From NCBI GenBank assembly GCA_947623305.1, contig CANQGQ010000008.1:13434-77433 (forward strand): a stretch of DNA of 64,000 nt, given 5' to 3'. Position numbers and translations under genes: made by a program. Below, piece after piece: positions 1 to 9,337 of the stretch. How positions within the stretch are numbered: the first letter of the stretch is position 1; each line of letters opens with the position of its first letter. The notes under the pieces are model-generated. The model worked only from the letters and a program-made list of their open reading frames with translations. It was not told the DNA's origin and made no database searches. Source of the DNA: an uncultured Alistipes sp. Its GTDB lineage: Bacteria > Bacteroidota > Bacteroidia > Bacteroidales > Rikenellaceae.

Positions 1-2
1 TG

Positions 3-764
3 GCAGAATCGCGTGCTATCTATGGCGAAGGGCGTTATTGGAGCGATGATCTTAATGCTTATGTTTATCCCGCTGAACGCCATGAAGATACAATGTCTAA
101 AGGTGATTTTGAAGTTAAATATCCTGGTTGTGTTAAGCCTCTCAAGCTTGTCGGCACCACTGAGGACTCGAAAATTCATCCTGGATCGGTATATGGTATC
201 ACCAAGCAAGTGCAAGGGCAACTCGTACATATGGTATGTCAGTCAATCGGTATCGAATCCGTTTCATTTCGTTATCAGAATGTCTACGGCCCGGGGCAAT
301 CGTTGTCAAATCCGTACACTGGAATTCTATCGATTTTCTCTACGCGTATTAAGAATGGCAAAGGCATCAATATTTTCGAAGATGGACATGAAACCAGAGA
401 TTTCGTTTATATTGACGATATCGTTGATGCGACAATCCTTGGTTTGATGGTTCCTGGTATAAGTGGACATGCATTCAATATCGGTACTGGAGTGGCTACC
501 GATGTGCTCACCGTTGCTAATACACTCAAAAAATATTATGGGATAGATGTTCCTATAATAATTTCAGGCAACTATCGTCTTGGCGACATACGTCATAACT
601 ATGCTGATATCACTAAAGCTCGAGCATTGCTCGGCTTCGAGCCGAAATGGACATTCGATGCCGGCATTGAGCAGTTCTGTCAATGGGTCAATAGTCAACC
701 TATTCAAGAAGACAAGTATGAGAAATCAATCGAAGAAATGAAACAAAAAAAGCTTTACAAGTGA
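3..764 (+). CDS. NAD-dependent epimerase/dehydratase, 5'-truncated by the window edge
   Basis: The frame is open from base 3 (AESRAIYGEGRY...) into the 93..764 ORF. SDR motifs: YGITK (YxxxK), FRYQNVYGPGQS, RDFVYIDD, GDIRH. Confidence 0.85.
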   Translation, partial: AESRAIYGEGRYWSDDLNAYVYPAERHEDTMSKGDFEVKYPGCVKPLKLVGTTEDSKIHPGSVYGITKQVQGQLVHMVCQSIGIESVSFRYQNVYGPGQSLSNPYTGILSIFSTRIKNGKGINIFEDGHETRDFVYIDDIVDATILGLMVPGISGHAFNIGTGVATDVLTVANTLKKYYGIDVPIIISGNYRLGDIRHNYADITKARALLGFEPKWTFDAGIEQFCQWVNSQPIQEDKYEKSIEEMKQKKLYK

Positions 765-868
765 AATATTTGATCAATTATTTGATAATAGTCTTTTGCT
801 ATTTTTGGGGTTAAATAGTAATTAATTCTATACATTGGACTTTGTGTTTGATTTTTTTCTTAGTATAA

Positions 869-1819
869 ATGAAAAAAGCGATATTTATATGTCCCAAATT
901 TTATGGTTATGAGGAGCATATCATAGCAGCCTTGTCGAAACAAAATTACGAGACATCTTATGTAACACATCATCTTAATAGATTGTTAAATTTTTTTGTC
1001 CAGTTTTTGCCTGTTATTGTGCAAAAAAAAATCTATGAGAAATCTATAATGATGAAATTGAGAAGATTAAATGGACGTTTTGATCTTCTTTTAGTGATTA
1101 AAGGTGAATATTTGACATCGGATCATCTTTCTTTTATACAGAAAAATAGTCCTAATATTGATTGTGTTATGTATCAGTGGGACTCTGTGCATAATCATAA
1201 TTATCTTTATTTAACAGATTATTTTAATCGAGTTTATACATTTGATTTCAAAGATTCAAAAGAATTTAGTATTCCGTATCTCCCTTTGTTTTACACTGAT
1301 GACGTTGTTGAAGATAAATATATAGAGAAAGATTTTGATTTTTTTTTGATAGGTGTTTTTAATCCTGATAGATATAAGTATTACCTTCAAATGAAGAAAT
1401 TTTGTCATACATATGGCAAAAAGATGATGGCTTATATTTATATTCCGTTCGGCTATTATTTAAAAAATCAAATATTGAGAAATAGATTTCATATTAAATC
1501 TTTACATGATGTCAAATTCAAACCATTATCACGTGAAAGATTAATTGAATATTATAATAGAACAAAAGTTATTATTGATGTATGTCGGTCTCATCAAACT
1601 GGACTTTCTATGAGAATTGTTGAGAGTTACGGACTTAATAAGAAAATATTGACGACGAACGATATGTTTTCCAATGATCCATATGTAAAGGAAATAGAAT
1701 TCCTGGATATTGATTCTACTGATCGTCAGATTCTTGAATTTGTTGATAAAAAAGTGCAGACTTATAGAAATAAAGGTAATTTGACAATAGATCAATGGTT
1801 GAGGCAGTTGTTAGCTTGA
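869..1819 (+). CDS. Putative glycosyltransferase-like (GT-B/CgeB-like) polysaccharide biosynthesis protein
   Basis: 316 aa soluble protein inside the polysaccharide cluster. Motifs YQWDS, RVYTFD, YLPLFY, GLSMRIVES, KKILTTN resemble a GT-B C-terminal nucleotide-binding half. Confidence 0.5.
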   Translation: MKKAIFICPKFYGYEEHIIAALSKQNYETSYVTHHLNRLLNFFVQFLPVIVQKKIYEKSIMMKLRRLNGRFDLLLVIKGEYLTSDHLSFIQKNSPNIDCVMYQWDSVHNHNYLYLTDYFNRVYTFDFKDSKEFSIPYLPLFYTDDVVEDKYIEKDFDFFLIGVFNPDRYKYYLQMKKFCHTYGKKMMAYIYIPFGYYLKNQILRNRFHIKSLHDVKFKPLSRERLIEYYNRTKVIIDVCRSHQTGLSMRIVESYGLNKKILTTNDMFSNDPYVKEIEFLDIDSTDRQILEFVDKKVQTYRNKGNLTIDQWLRQLLA

Positions 1820-1857
1820 TTGTATATTTGGTATTTTAAGGATTCTTTAATAAAATC

Positions 1858-3099
1858 ATGAGGATTCCTAATCGAGTCATTTCTTCTATATACATATCGA
1901 AACAAGGTTTGATTACTTTGATTCTTTTTATTGTGTATCCATTATTATCGTTGCCGTTTATTATACAGGGAATGTTTAAGTATCAGAAATGGGCATTTAT
2001 ATTGTTTTCTTGTTTTATGGGATTGGTCGGACTGCTTTTCCCTCCGACCGGAGATTTTTATCGTTATACACAAGATGCTTTATTCATCAAGAATCTAAGC
2101 TGGGATGAATTTTTAGTTTATTCATTTGTTAAATTTGATTATTTTTTAGTGTATCTTTCTTATGTTTTGACGCATCTGGGTGTAAATTTCGATATATCAA
2201 GGTTTATTTATAATACCATAGGCTATTTGTTGTTAAGTAAAATTTTTCTTGAACTTTTGGAATATAATAAAGAAATCAAAAAAAAATATAGGTGCATATT
2301 TTTCGGTTTGTTTATTTGTATTAGTTTGAATATGTTCTTATATCGCTTTTTCTTTTCTATGATATTGTTTTTATATGGAAGTTATCAGATCATTATTTTT
2401 CATAGAAAAACAGGTGCTTTGTTTCTCATGTGGGCTGTTTTGAATCATTTGTCATTCATTATTTTTGTGATAGGATTCATTGGACAACGTTTAGGCCTTT
2501 TCCGTTTCAATCGATACATTATTGCTATTCTTTGTTTTATAGCTTGTTTCTTAGATTCGAATGTTGTGAAGAATTTATTTCAAATTCTTCCAGTACAATA
2601 TATTGACAGATATATGATTTATCTTGATGGATATTGGGCTGGTGATTATTTGGAGGATCATTCTCTGAGGTATAGAATTATGTTAATTGTTAGTTCATTT
2701 ATAACTTACTCTTCTATATTAATTTATTATTTAATTTATGATAAAATTAATAAAGAAAAGAAAGCATTGACAAATTATATACTTCTTTTAGTTGCTTTCA
2801 TGTCACCATTTGCAACAATCGTTGGGCGCTTTTTGACAGTGTTATCTTTGTCGATTAAAATTATTTTTATGTATTCGTTTAAAGATAATTCATTATTTCG
2901 AAAATGTGCTTATGTCCTTTTTTATTTAACACTTCTTGATGATGGAATGGGAATATGGTCGTGCCGAAAAGAATTAATTATGAGTGATAGTAATATATTG
3001 TTGTATGGTTCTTTTCCATCTATAATTACACATTCTTATTCTGAAGATTGGCTTAATCGGAATGTATTTGAGGATGGTGATTTTAAACGTAAAGAGTGA
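1858..3099 (+). CDS. wzy: Wzy/EpsG-type polysaccharide polymerase
   Basis: 413 aa with about 10 hydrophobic segments, very AT-rich, lying between glycosyltransferase genes. D-F-Y-R-Y loop and H-x-S motif typical of EpsG-like polymerases. Confidence 0.7.
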   Translation: MRIPNRVISSIYISKQGLITLILFIVYPLLSLPFIIQGMFKYQKWAFILFSCFMGLVGLLFPPTGDFYRYTQDALFIKNLSWDEFLVYSFVKFDYFLVYLSYVLTHLGVNFDISRFIYNTIGYLLLSKIFLELLEYNKEIKKKYRCIFFGLFICISLNMFLYRFFFSMILFLYGSYQIIIFHRKTGALFLMWAVLNHLSFIIFVIGFIGQRLGLFRFNRYIIAILCFIACFLDSNVVKNLFQILPVQYIDRYMIYLDGYWAGDYLEDHSLRYRIMLIVSSFITYSSILIYYLIYDKINKEKKALTNYILLLVAFMSPFATIVGRFLTVLSLSIKIIFMYSFKDNSLFRKCAYVLFYLTLLDDGMGIWSCRKELIMSDSNILLYGSFPSIITHSYSEDWLNRNVFEDGDFKRKE

Positions 3100-4130
3100 T
3101 TAATTGCAATACAGTTATAGATATGGATCGGAATCATAAGGCTAAAAAGAAATTACGAGTTTCTCTAATCGTTCCGATTTTTGGAGTGGAAAATTATATA
3201 GCAGAATGTGTAACTTCTTTGATGCTTCAAACATATTCGAATATAGAGTATATTTTTGTGAATGATTGCACTGAGGATAGAAGTATTGATATCTTGCATG
3301 AAATTTTATTGAAATATCCCGCTCGTTGTAAAGATACAAAAATAATTAATCATCAATACAATAGAGGATTGGCTGCTGCTCGGTTGACTGGGATAGAGGC
3401 GGCAACAGGAGATTATATTTATCATCTTGATAGTGATGATTGGATAGAATCGGATACAATCAGTAAATTTATCGATTCGGCTGAGAAAAATGACGCAGAC
3501 ATGGTTGTTGCGGATTTTATGCTTGAGTTCTCGAATTATTCGGTTTATTCATCTTTGAATATTCATGAAAACATTAAAGTCTATATAACTCAAATACTAT
3601 TGAGAAATCGTAAGTACCCTTGGAATTTATGGAATCGATTAATACGTAGGGATATACAATTAAAAGCATTGCCGATCGAAGGATTAAACATGGGTGAAGA
3701 TTATGTAACTATTCCTCGGCTTTTATATTATACAAAAAAAATAAATAAATTAAATACTGCAACATATCATTATCGACAAACAAATGTCAATTCTTATACT
3801 AAATGTTTAAATACGAAGGCGGCTAATGATTTAATTTTGTCTACTGAAATTTTAAGTAAGTTCTTTGATGATCAGTCTTTCAAAGAAGTTATACCTCAAA
3901 TGAGGGCCAAAACAAAGGTGTTATTACTTTCTATTGGGTCAAAAGCCATTCGACTTCAAGCGCTTCAGTATTTTGAAGAATCGATAGTTATAAGCAATCT
4001 AACTGTAATAGAACGGTTGATAATCATTTTGGGTGAGCGTCGTCAATTTTATTTGATAGATTTTGTTATGCGATTTGGACTTACTTTGAAAAAAGTTATT
4101 CGTAAATTACATAATTTAATTAGTAATTGA
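3096..4130 (+). CDS. Glycosyltransferase family 2
   Basis: VSLIVPIFGVENYI, IFVNDCTED, GDYIYHLDSDD, MGED motifs. GTGA overlap with wzy. Confidence 0.9.
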   Translation: MINCNTVIDMDRNHKAKKKLRVSLIVPIFGVENYIAECVTSLMLQTYSNIEYIFVNDCTEDRSIDILHEILLKYPARCKDTKIINHQYNRGLAAARLTGIEAATGDYIYHLDSDDWIESDTISKFIDSAEKNDADMVVADFMLEFSNYSVYSSLNIHENIKVYITQILLRNRKYPWNLWNRLIRRDIQLKALPIEGLNMGEDYVTIPRLLYYTKKINKLNTATYHYRQTNVNSYTKCLNTKAANDLILSTEILSKFFDDQSFKEVIPQMRAKTKVLLLSIGSKAIRLQALQYFEESIVISNLTVIERLIIILGERRQFYLIDFVMRFGLTLKKVIRKLHNLISN

Positions 4131-4296
4131 TTTAGTTATGGACTTATTATTGTGACGATAACTCATTGTATACCATATATTTTTTCTGTTTTTTCTTCTT
4201 TTAGGCGACCGCTATTTATTTTTTGACTGTTTCCCCAATTTATAAGGCTTGATGATTCTTTATTTGTAAGTTTTGTAGTTGCTTGAATAGTATTGG

Positions 4297-5364
4297 ATGT
4301 TTATGAGAATTGCAATGATTTTGCCATCGTTAGCTGCCGCAGGGCCAGGGTTCGTAGTTAAAGATTTATGTACTGAATTTGTGGCGATGGGATATGTGTG
4401 CAAGGTGTTTTATTTCGATGATGTGAAAGAATTGGAAATGCCTTGTCCGACTAAAAGAATAAAATTTTTTGATCAAATAGATTTCGAGGATTGGGATATT
4501 ATCCATTCGCATATGTTTCGTCCAGATGCATATGTGTGGTGGCATAGGCGAAAAATTCGAAAAGCCGGTGTGAAAACCGTTTCGACACTTCACAATCCGA
4601 TTGGTTATGAAGCTAATAGAAAAAGTTTCAATATCATAAAATCCAGTATTTTGTATATCGGTTGGCGATTTTTTCTGAGATCAGTGGACCGAGTTGTTAT
4701 TTTGAATTCTGATAGTCAATCTGAATTGCCGGTTTTTTTGAAGAAAAAATCCCAGGTTATTTTCAATGGTCGCGTTATCAATCAAGAATCGTTTGAGAAA
4801 GAGGTATTGGAGAAGAATGATATTAAAGAACTTAAGAAACGGTATAAAATAATAGGAGCGATTGGTAGTCTGACGAACCGAAAAGGTTGTGATCAAATGG
4901 TTAAAGTTCTTTCCTCATTGGATGATTATGCTTTGATAATTGTTGGTGAAGGGCCAGAAAAAGAAGCTCTGATTCGACTTGCAAAAGCGAATGGTGTTGA
5001 GCATCGATGTCTTTTAATTGGATTTAAAGAAGATCCATTAGCTTATTTGAAATATTTCGACATTTTTTTGATGTGTTCTTCTTCGGAAGGATTTCCTCTT
5101 GCGCTTATTGAGGCTGCATCATCCGGATGTCCTTGTGTCCTATCTGATATTTCTATATTTAGATCTATTATCACTGAATCGAATGGAGCTGAATTTTATA
5201 AATGGGGTGATATAACTTCTCTTGCTCATGCAATTAAAATAATGGAGACGAAGAGAGCGCAAGAAGCTAAGCAAATTCGTAGTTATTTTGAATCATATTT
5301 GACGAGTAAAAAAATGGGTGAAAATTATAATCGTCTTTACAAAATTTTATTGACGGAAAAATGA
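4297..5364 (+). CDS. Glycosyltransferase family 4 (GT-B)
   Basis: DIIHSH, GSLTNRKG, VGEG, DIFLMCSSSEGFPLALIEAA (Ex7E motif). Confidence 0.9.
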   Translation: MFMRIAMILPSLAAAGPGFVVKDLCTEFVAMGYVCKVFYFDDVKELEMPCPTKRIKFFDQIDFEDWDIIHSHMFRPDAYVWWHRRKIRKAGVKTVSTLHNPIGYEANRKSFNIIKSSILYIGWRFFLRSVDRVVILNSDSQSELPVFLKKKSQVIFNGRVINQESFEKEVLEKNDIKELKKRYKIIGAIGSLTNRKGCDQMVKVLSSLDDYALIIVGEGPEKEALIRLAKANGVEHRCLLIGFKEDPLAYLKYFDIFLMCSSSEGFPLALIEAASSGCPCVLSDISIFRSIITESNGAEFYKWGDITSLAHAIKIMETKRAQEAKQIRSYFESYLTSKKMGENYNRLYKILLTEK

Positions 5365-5989
5365 TCGTTTCGAAAATAACTAATAATTATTCGTTTGGGG
5401 ATAAATTGCAGTTAGGGTATTGGTGGTTTTTGACGAAATTATTCAATTATCGTTCCCGTCTTATCCGACGACCATTTACGATAAGGGGGCGTGAAATGAT
5501 CGATTTTGGGACTCGGCTTACGACTGGTGTCGGGTGTCGAATAGAGGCTTTCCGAACAAAGGATGATAAAAAAATAAGAAAAAAGAAGATTCGCTTTGGT
5601 AATCGGGTGCAATTGAATGATTATGTACATATTTCAGCGATCGAATCGGTTTCTATTGGCGACGATGTTCTGATAGCATCTCATATATATATTTCGGATA
5701 ATTCCCATGGCTCGTATAAATCTGAAGTCGGAGGATTTCCCTCTTCTCCCGAAATTGCACCTTGTGAACGACCTTATTTCGTTTTGCCTGTAAAAATCGG
5801 AAATCGGGTTTGGTGGGTGAAGGAGCAATGGTTTTGCCTGGAGTAACTATCGGCGACGGTGCAATTATAGGCGCTCATTCGATTGTCAACAGAGACGTAC
5901 CTGCCAATACGATTGTTGTAGGAGCACCTGCCACGGTTATCAAACAGTGGGATTCATTGCAGAATAAATGGATAAAATCTGATATATGA
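5361..5989 (+). pseudogene. Hexapeptide-repeat (LbH) O-acetyltransferase with a 1-nt frameshift near 5814
   Basis: The 5361..5846 frame gives LbH repeats up to VKIGNRVW. The typical C-terminus (GEGAMVLPGVTIGDGAIIGAHSIVNRDVPANTIVVGAP...SDI*) continues in another frame from 5816 to TGA 5987-5989, which overlaps the next ATG at 5986 (ATGA). Confidence 0.85.
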
Positions 5990-6792
5990 TAACAGCTTCG
6001 GTTGTTGCGTTTCATGCGCGACACGATGAGTTGGGGCGGTTGATCGATTGTGTGATGCGGTCGCCAATCGACGTCCTCTACGTCATCGACAATTCAACTA
6101 ATGACGAATTACGAGATTTTGTCAACGGAAATCTTCGTATAAGATATATCTATAGTCTCAATCAGGGCTATGGTGCGGGCCATAATATCGCGATTCGGAA
6201 ATCAATGGAGGCGAAAGCTGATTATCACGTCGTGTTGAATCCGGATATTTATTGGGATGGGGATGTGATCGGAGAAATAGCATCATTTGTGAATCAGCAC
6301 GATGATATAGGTCAAGTAATGCCCAAGGTTTTTTATCCAGATGGACAATTGCAATATTTATGCAAACTTTGCCCGTCACCAATTGATTTGATATTCAAGC
6401 GGTTCCTGCCTGTTAAATGGATGAAGAAAAGAATGGCAAAATTTCAATTGGAATTTACAGACTATTCCATTCCGATGAATGTGCCGTATTTATCAGGATG
6501 TTTTATGTTTTTTAGGATCGACGCGTTGAAAAAAGTAGGATTATTTGATGAACGTTTTTTTATGTATCCTGAGGATATAGATCTAACTCGAAGAATCCAC
6601 AAATATTATAAAACAATGTTTTATCCTGCTGTGTCGATTGTTCATGCACATGCGGCTGCTTCCAGGACAAATAAAAAGATGTTGAGGATACATATCGTCA
6701 ACATGATAAAATATTTCAATAAATGGGGGTGGATATTCGATTCGGAACGTCGTGCATTCAATAAACGGTTACTCTCGGAATTAAATCATTAA
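5986..6792 (+). CDS. Glycosyltransferase family 2 (WbbL/rhamnosyltransferase-like)
   Basis: VIDNS, NQGYGAGHN, VLNPD, SGCFMFFR, FDERFFMYPEDIDLTRR motifs. Confidence 0.85.
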   Translation: MITASVVAFHARHDELGRLIDCVMRSPIDVLYVIDNSTNDELRDFVNGNLRIRYIYSLNQGYGAGHNIAIRKSMEAKADYHVVLNPDIYWDGDVIGEIASFVNQHDDIGQVMPKVFYPDGQLQYLCKLCPSPIDLIFKRFLPVKWMKKRMAKFQLEFTDYSIPMNVPYLSGCFMFFRIDALKKVGLFDERFFMYPEDIDLTRRIHKYYKTMFYPAVSIVHAHAAASRTNKKMLRIHIVNMIKYFNKWGWIFDSERRAFNKRLLSELNH

Positions 6793-6798
6793 AATAAT

Positions 6799-7794
6799 AT
6801 GCGAATAGCAATGATTGGTGCCAGTGGGTTCGTTGGCACAAGGCTTCTTTATCTTTTGCGGGAGGAGCCGGAGAAATACGATTGCAAAAATGTCGACCTG
6901 TTGCCGAGCCATTTTTTCAATGATTTGACAACGATCGGCGACGTACGGTCGCAGGAACAGATGGATCGTGAATTAAGTGGGGCCGATGTCGTGATTCTGT
7001 TGGCGGCTCAGCATCGCGATGATGTTTCGCCCGTATCGCTCTATTACGACACGAATGTCGGCGGTATGGAGACGACCTTGCGGGCGATGGAGAAAAATGG
7101 TTGTAAACGGATCATCTTTTTCTCGTCGGTTGCCGTATATGGTCTTAATAAAAAGAATCCCGATGAAAATCATCCGGCCGATCCGTTCAATCATTACGGT
7201 AAGTCGAAGTGGCAGGCGGAGCAGGTACTCCAAAAGTGGTACGAATCGCATTCCGATTGGAATATCGACATCATTCGGCCGACGGTCATCTTCGGCGAGC
7301 GTAATCGGGGAAATGTATACAATCTTTTGAAACAGATTTCATCGGGTAAGTTCCTGATGGTCGGTAAGGGCGAGAATAAGAAGTCGATGGCTTATGTCGG
7401 TAACATCGTGGCTTTTGTGAAATATTTGATTGATAATGTCGTTGTCGGATATAACGTATTCAATTACGTCGATAAGCCCGATAATAATATGAACCAGCTT
7501 GTGGCTCACGTCAGCAAAGTGCTCGACAAGCATATTCCTGCCACGCATTTCCCTTATTGGCTCGGGATGTTCGGCGGGTATTGTTTCGATCTGCTCGCTA
7601 AACTCTCAGGTAAAAAACTTACCATTTCTTCTGTCCGGGTCAAAAAATTCTGCGCTACGACCGAGTTCGACGCAAAGAAAGCGCACTCCTCCGGTTTCAA
7701 AGCTCCTTATACGCTCGACGAGGGGCTTGCTCGTACATTGGAATTTGAATTCATTCATCCGAAACCGGACGATGTCGTATTCAAGACGGAATAA
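6799..7794 (+). CDS. gnu: Gnu-type GlcNAc-PP-undecaprenol 4-epimerase (NAD-dependent)
   Basis: 331 aa. IGASGFVGTRL, AAQHRDDVSPVSLYY, NHYGKSKWQAE, RPTVIFGERNRGNVYNLLKQI, SSVRVKKFCATT match E. coli Gnu as I recall it, over the full length. Confidence 0.75.
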   Translation: MRIAMIGASGFVGTRLLYLLREEPEKYDCKNVDLLPSHFFNDLTTIGDVRSQEQMDRELSGADVVILLAAQHRDDVSPVSLYYDTNVGGMETTLRAMEKNGCKRIIFFSSVAVYGLNKKNPDENHPADPFNHYGKSKWQAEQVLQKWYESHSDWNIDIIRPTVIFGERNRGNVYNLLKQISSGKFLMVGKGENKKSMAYVGNIVAFVKYLIDNVVVGYNVFNYVDKPDNNMNQLVAHVSKVLDKHIPATHFPYWLGMFGGYCFDLLAKLSGKKLTISSVRVKKFCATTEFDAKKAHSSGFKAPYTLDEGLARTLEFEFIHPKPDDVVFKTE

Positions 7795-7837
7795 ATGAGA
7801 CGATAGAGACCGCAATTTCGTTTTGGGGTATGGTTTT

Positions 7838-7866
7838 GAGACGATTCACAAGGATCGTCTTTTTTT
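7838..7866 (+). terminator. Intrinsic terminator ending the polysaccharide cluster
   Basis: AGACGAT-tcacaagg-ATCGTCT followed by a T run. Confidence 0.6.
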
Positions 7867-7995
7867 GTGCTTGTGGTTCGGCGAATCCTTTGACGCGTCG
7901 AGTTTGACGAAATGTATTTTTATGGTACTTGACGTACGACTCGGGAATGATTCTTGCCCGAAAAGCGAGAGAAACCTCCTAATACGAATATAGGT

Positions 7996-8403
7996 ATGAT
8001 TGAAAAAGTAACTTTGCATCTGACTGATGGTGTCCGTTTTGAATCCGAAGGCGAACCGAAATGCGATACGATGAATCCCAAAGCCCTGCTGCTCTATGCG
8101 GGCGCAAAGTGTGCCGGACTGACGGCCCTGCACATCCTGGGAAAGGAACGCATTGTGCCGAAACGATTCGAAATCAGTCTGTCGGGCGAACTGACTACCG
8201 AAACGGTGCAGGCGGGCAGTGAATTCCGTTCGTTCCACATCGTTTACAATATCGAATGCGATACGGATGTCGACCAGACGAAAATCGGTCGTGCGGTGAA
8301 GTTGGCGCAGGAAAAGTATTGCGGATTGATGCAGATGCTGCGAAAAATCGCACCGGTTACACCCGAATATGCGGTTGTTTGTACGGAACCGGCGGTTGTA
8401 TGA
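7996..8403 (+). CDS. OsmC-like family protein
   Basis: NPKALLLYAGAKCAG and LAQEKYCG give the two conserved OsmC/Ohr cysteines. ATG 7996 is preferred over TTG 7954. Confidence 0.75.
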   Translation: MIEKVTLHLTDGVRFESEGEPKCDTMNPKALLLYAGAKCAGLTALHILGKERIVPKRFEISLSGELTTETVQAGSEFRSFHIVYNIECDTDVDQTKIGRAVKLAQEKYCGLMQMLRKIAPVTPEYAVVCTEPAVV

Positions 8404-8427
8404 TACTGCCGATCGAAATACACTCCG

Positions 8428-8463
8428 GAGTGTATCCCCCCAGGGGGGTGCACTCTTTTTTTT
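8428..8463 (+). terminator. Intrinsic terminator after the osmC-like gene
   Basis: GAGTGTA-T-CCCCCC-A-GGGGGG-TGCACTC stem followed by T8. Confidence 0.7.
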
Positions 8464-8494
8464 GCAGGAATGATAAAAAAATTGGTACTTTGTA

Positions 8495-8525
8495 TTGCAT
8501 AATAATAAATTTTGTATTATATTTG
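8495..8525 (+). promoter_or_regulatory. Bacteroidota sigma-A promoter of the pspC/padR operon
   Basis: TTG (8495-8497), 20-nt spacer, TATATTTG (8518-8525), matching the TTG/TAnnTTTG consensus. Confidence 0.65.
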
Positions 8526-8595
8526 CATCGTGAAAGTAGTAAGAGAGTCAGAGGAACTGAATAATTGCACGAAAAAAACAGGAAACCTTACGATC

Positions 8596-9117
8596 ATGAA
8601 ACAGACTGTCAATGTGAATATCGGGTCGATGCCGTTCACCCTCGACGAAGATGCTTATCAGGCCTTGCGTGATTATTTCGCCGACGTGCGCAGCCGCTTG
8701 CCCGAGGACGATACCGAAACGGAGGCCGATGTCGAAACCCGTATGGGCGAGATTCTTCGCGAAAAGGTCGCTTCGCCCATGTATGTCGTGTCGCTCGACA
8801 CCGTGCGGGCGGCTATCGCCCGTCTCGGGACGCCCGATTGCTTCGGCGCCCGCCACGACGACCCCCGGAGTGAAGAAGACACGACGAACGGCCGTCCCGA
8901 CAAACTACGCCGTTCGCGCACCGACCGTTCGATTGCCGGTGTCTGCGGCGGTCTGGCCGAGTATTTCGGGATTGATTCGAGCTTGTTGCGTTTGATTACG
9001 CTGCTGCTCATTCTCTTCGGTGGCATTTCCATCTGGATCTATGTCATCCTGTGGATCGTCATCCCCGAGGCCCCTTCGCAGTTTACCCTGCACGATACGA
9101 AGGGCCGGAACAAATAA
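8596..9117 (+). CDS. PspC-domain protein with N-terminal HAAS-like helical domain
   Basis: N-terminal VNIGSMPFTLDEDAY...DVETRMGEIL. C-terminal KLRRSRTDRSIAGVCGGLAEYFG plus a TM helix (PspC). Confidence 0.85.
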   Translation: MKQTVNVNIGSMPFTLDEDAYQALRDYFADVRSRLPEDDTETEADVETRMGEILREKVASPMYVVSLDTVRAAIARLGTPDCFGARHDDPRSEEDTTNGRPDKLRRSRTDRSIAGVCGGLAEYFGIDSSLLRLITLLLILFGGISIWIYVILWIVIPEAPSQFTLHDTKGRNK

Positions 9118-9129
9118 AATTATCGTCTT

Positions 9130-9333
9130 ATGGAAACGAATGAAAAAAAACGACTTTATCGCACGCGCAACGGCGTTCTGGCCGGCGTGTGCGGCGGAAT
9201 TGCGGAATTCTTCGGACTGAACGCATCGACGATCCGTTGGGTTACGCTGCTGTTGATTCTTTTCGGCGGTCTCTCCATCTGGGTCTATATCCTCCTGTGG
9301 CTGATCGTCCCCAAGAAACCGAAAAACCTGTGA
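9130..9333 (+). CDS. Stand-alone PspC-domain protein
   Basis: KRLYRTRNGVLAGVCGGIAEFFG plus a TM segment; 67 aa. Confidence 0.9.
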   Translation: METNEKKRLYRTRNGVLAGVCGGIAEFFGLNASTIRWVTLLLILFGGLSIWVYILLWLIVPKKPKNL

Positions 9334-9337
9334 TGCC

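Noticed and set aside
1023-3741. A/T homopolymers of 8-9 nt in the polysaccharide genes as phase-variation tracts
   Set aside because: All are in frame and are expected by chance at about 30% GC. The one real frameshift (5814) is not at such a run.
4131-4296. 166-bp gap as a remnant membrane-protein gene
   Set aside because: Multiple stops in all useful frames; the hydrophobic look follows from T-richness.
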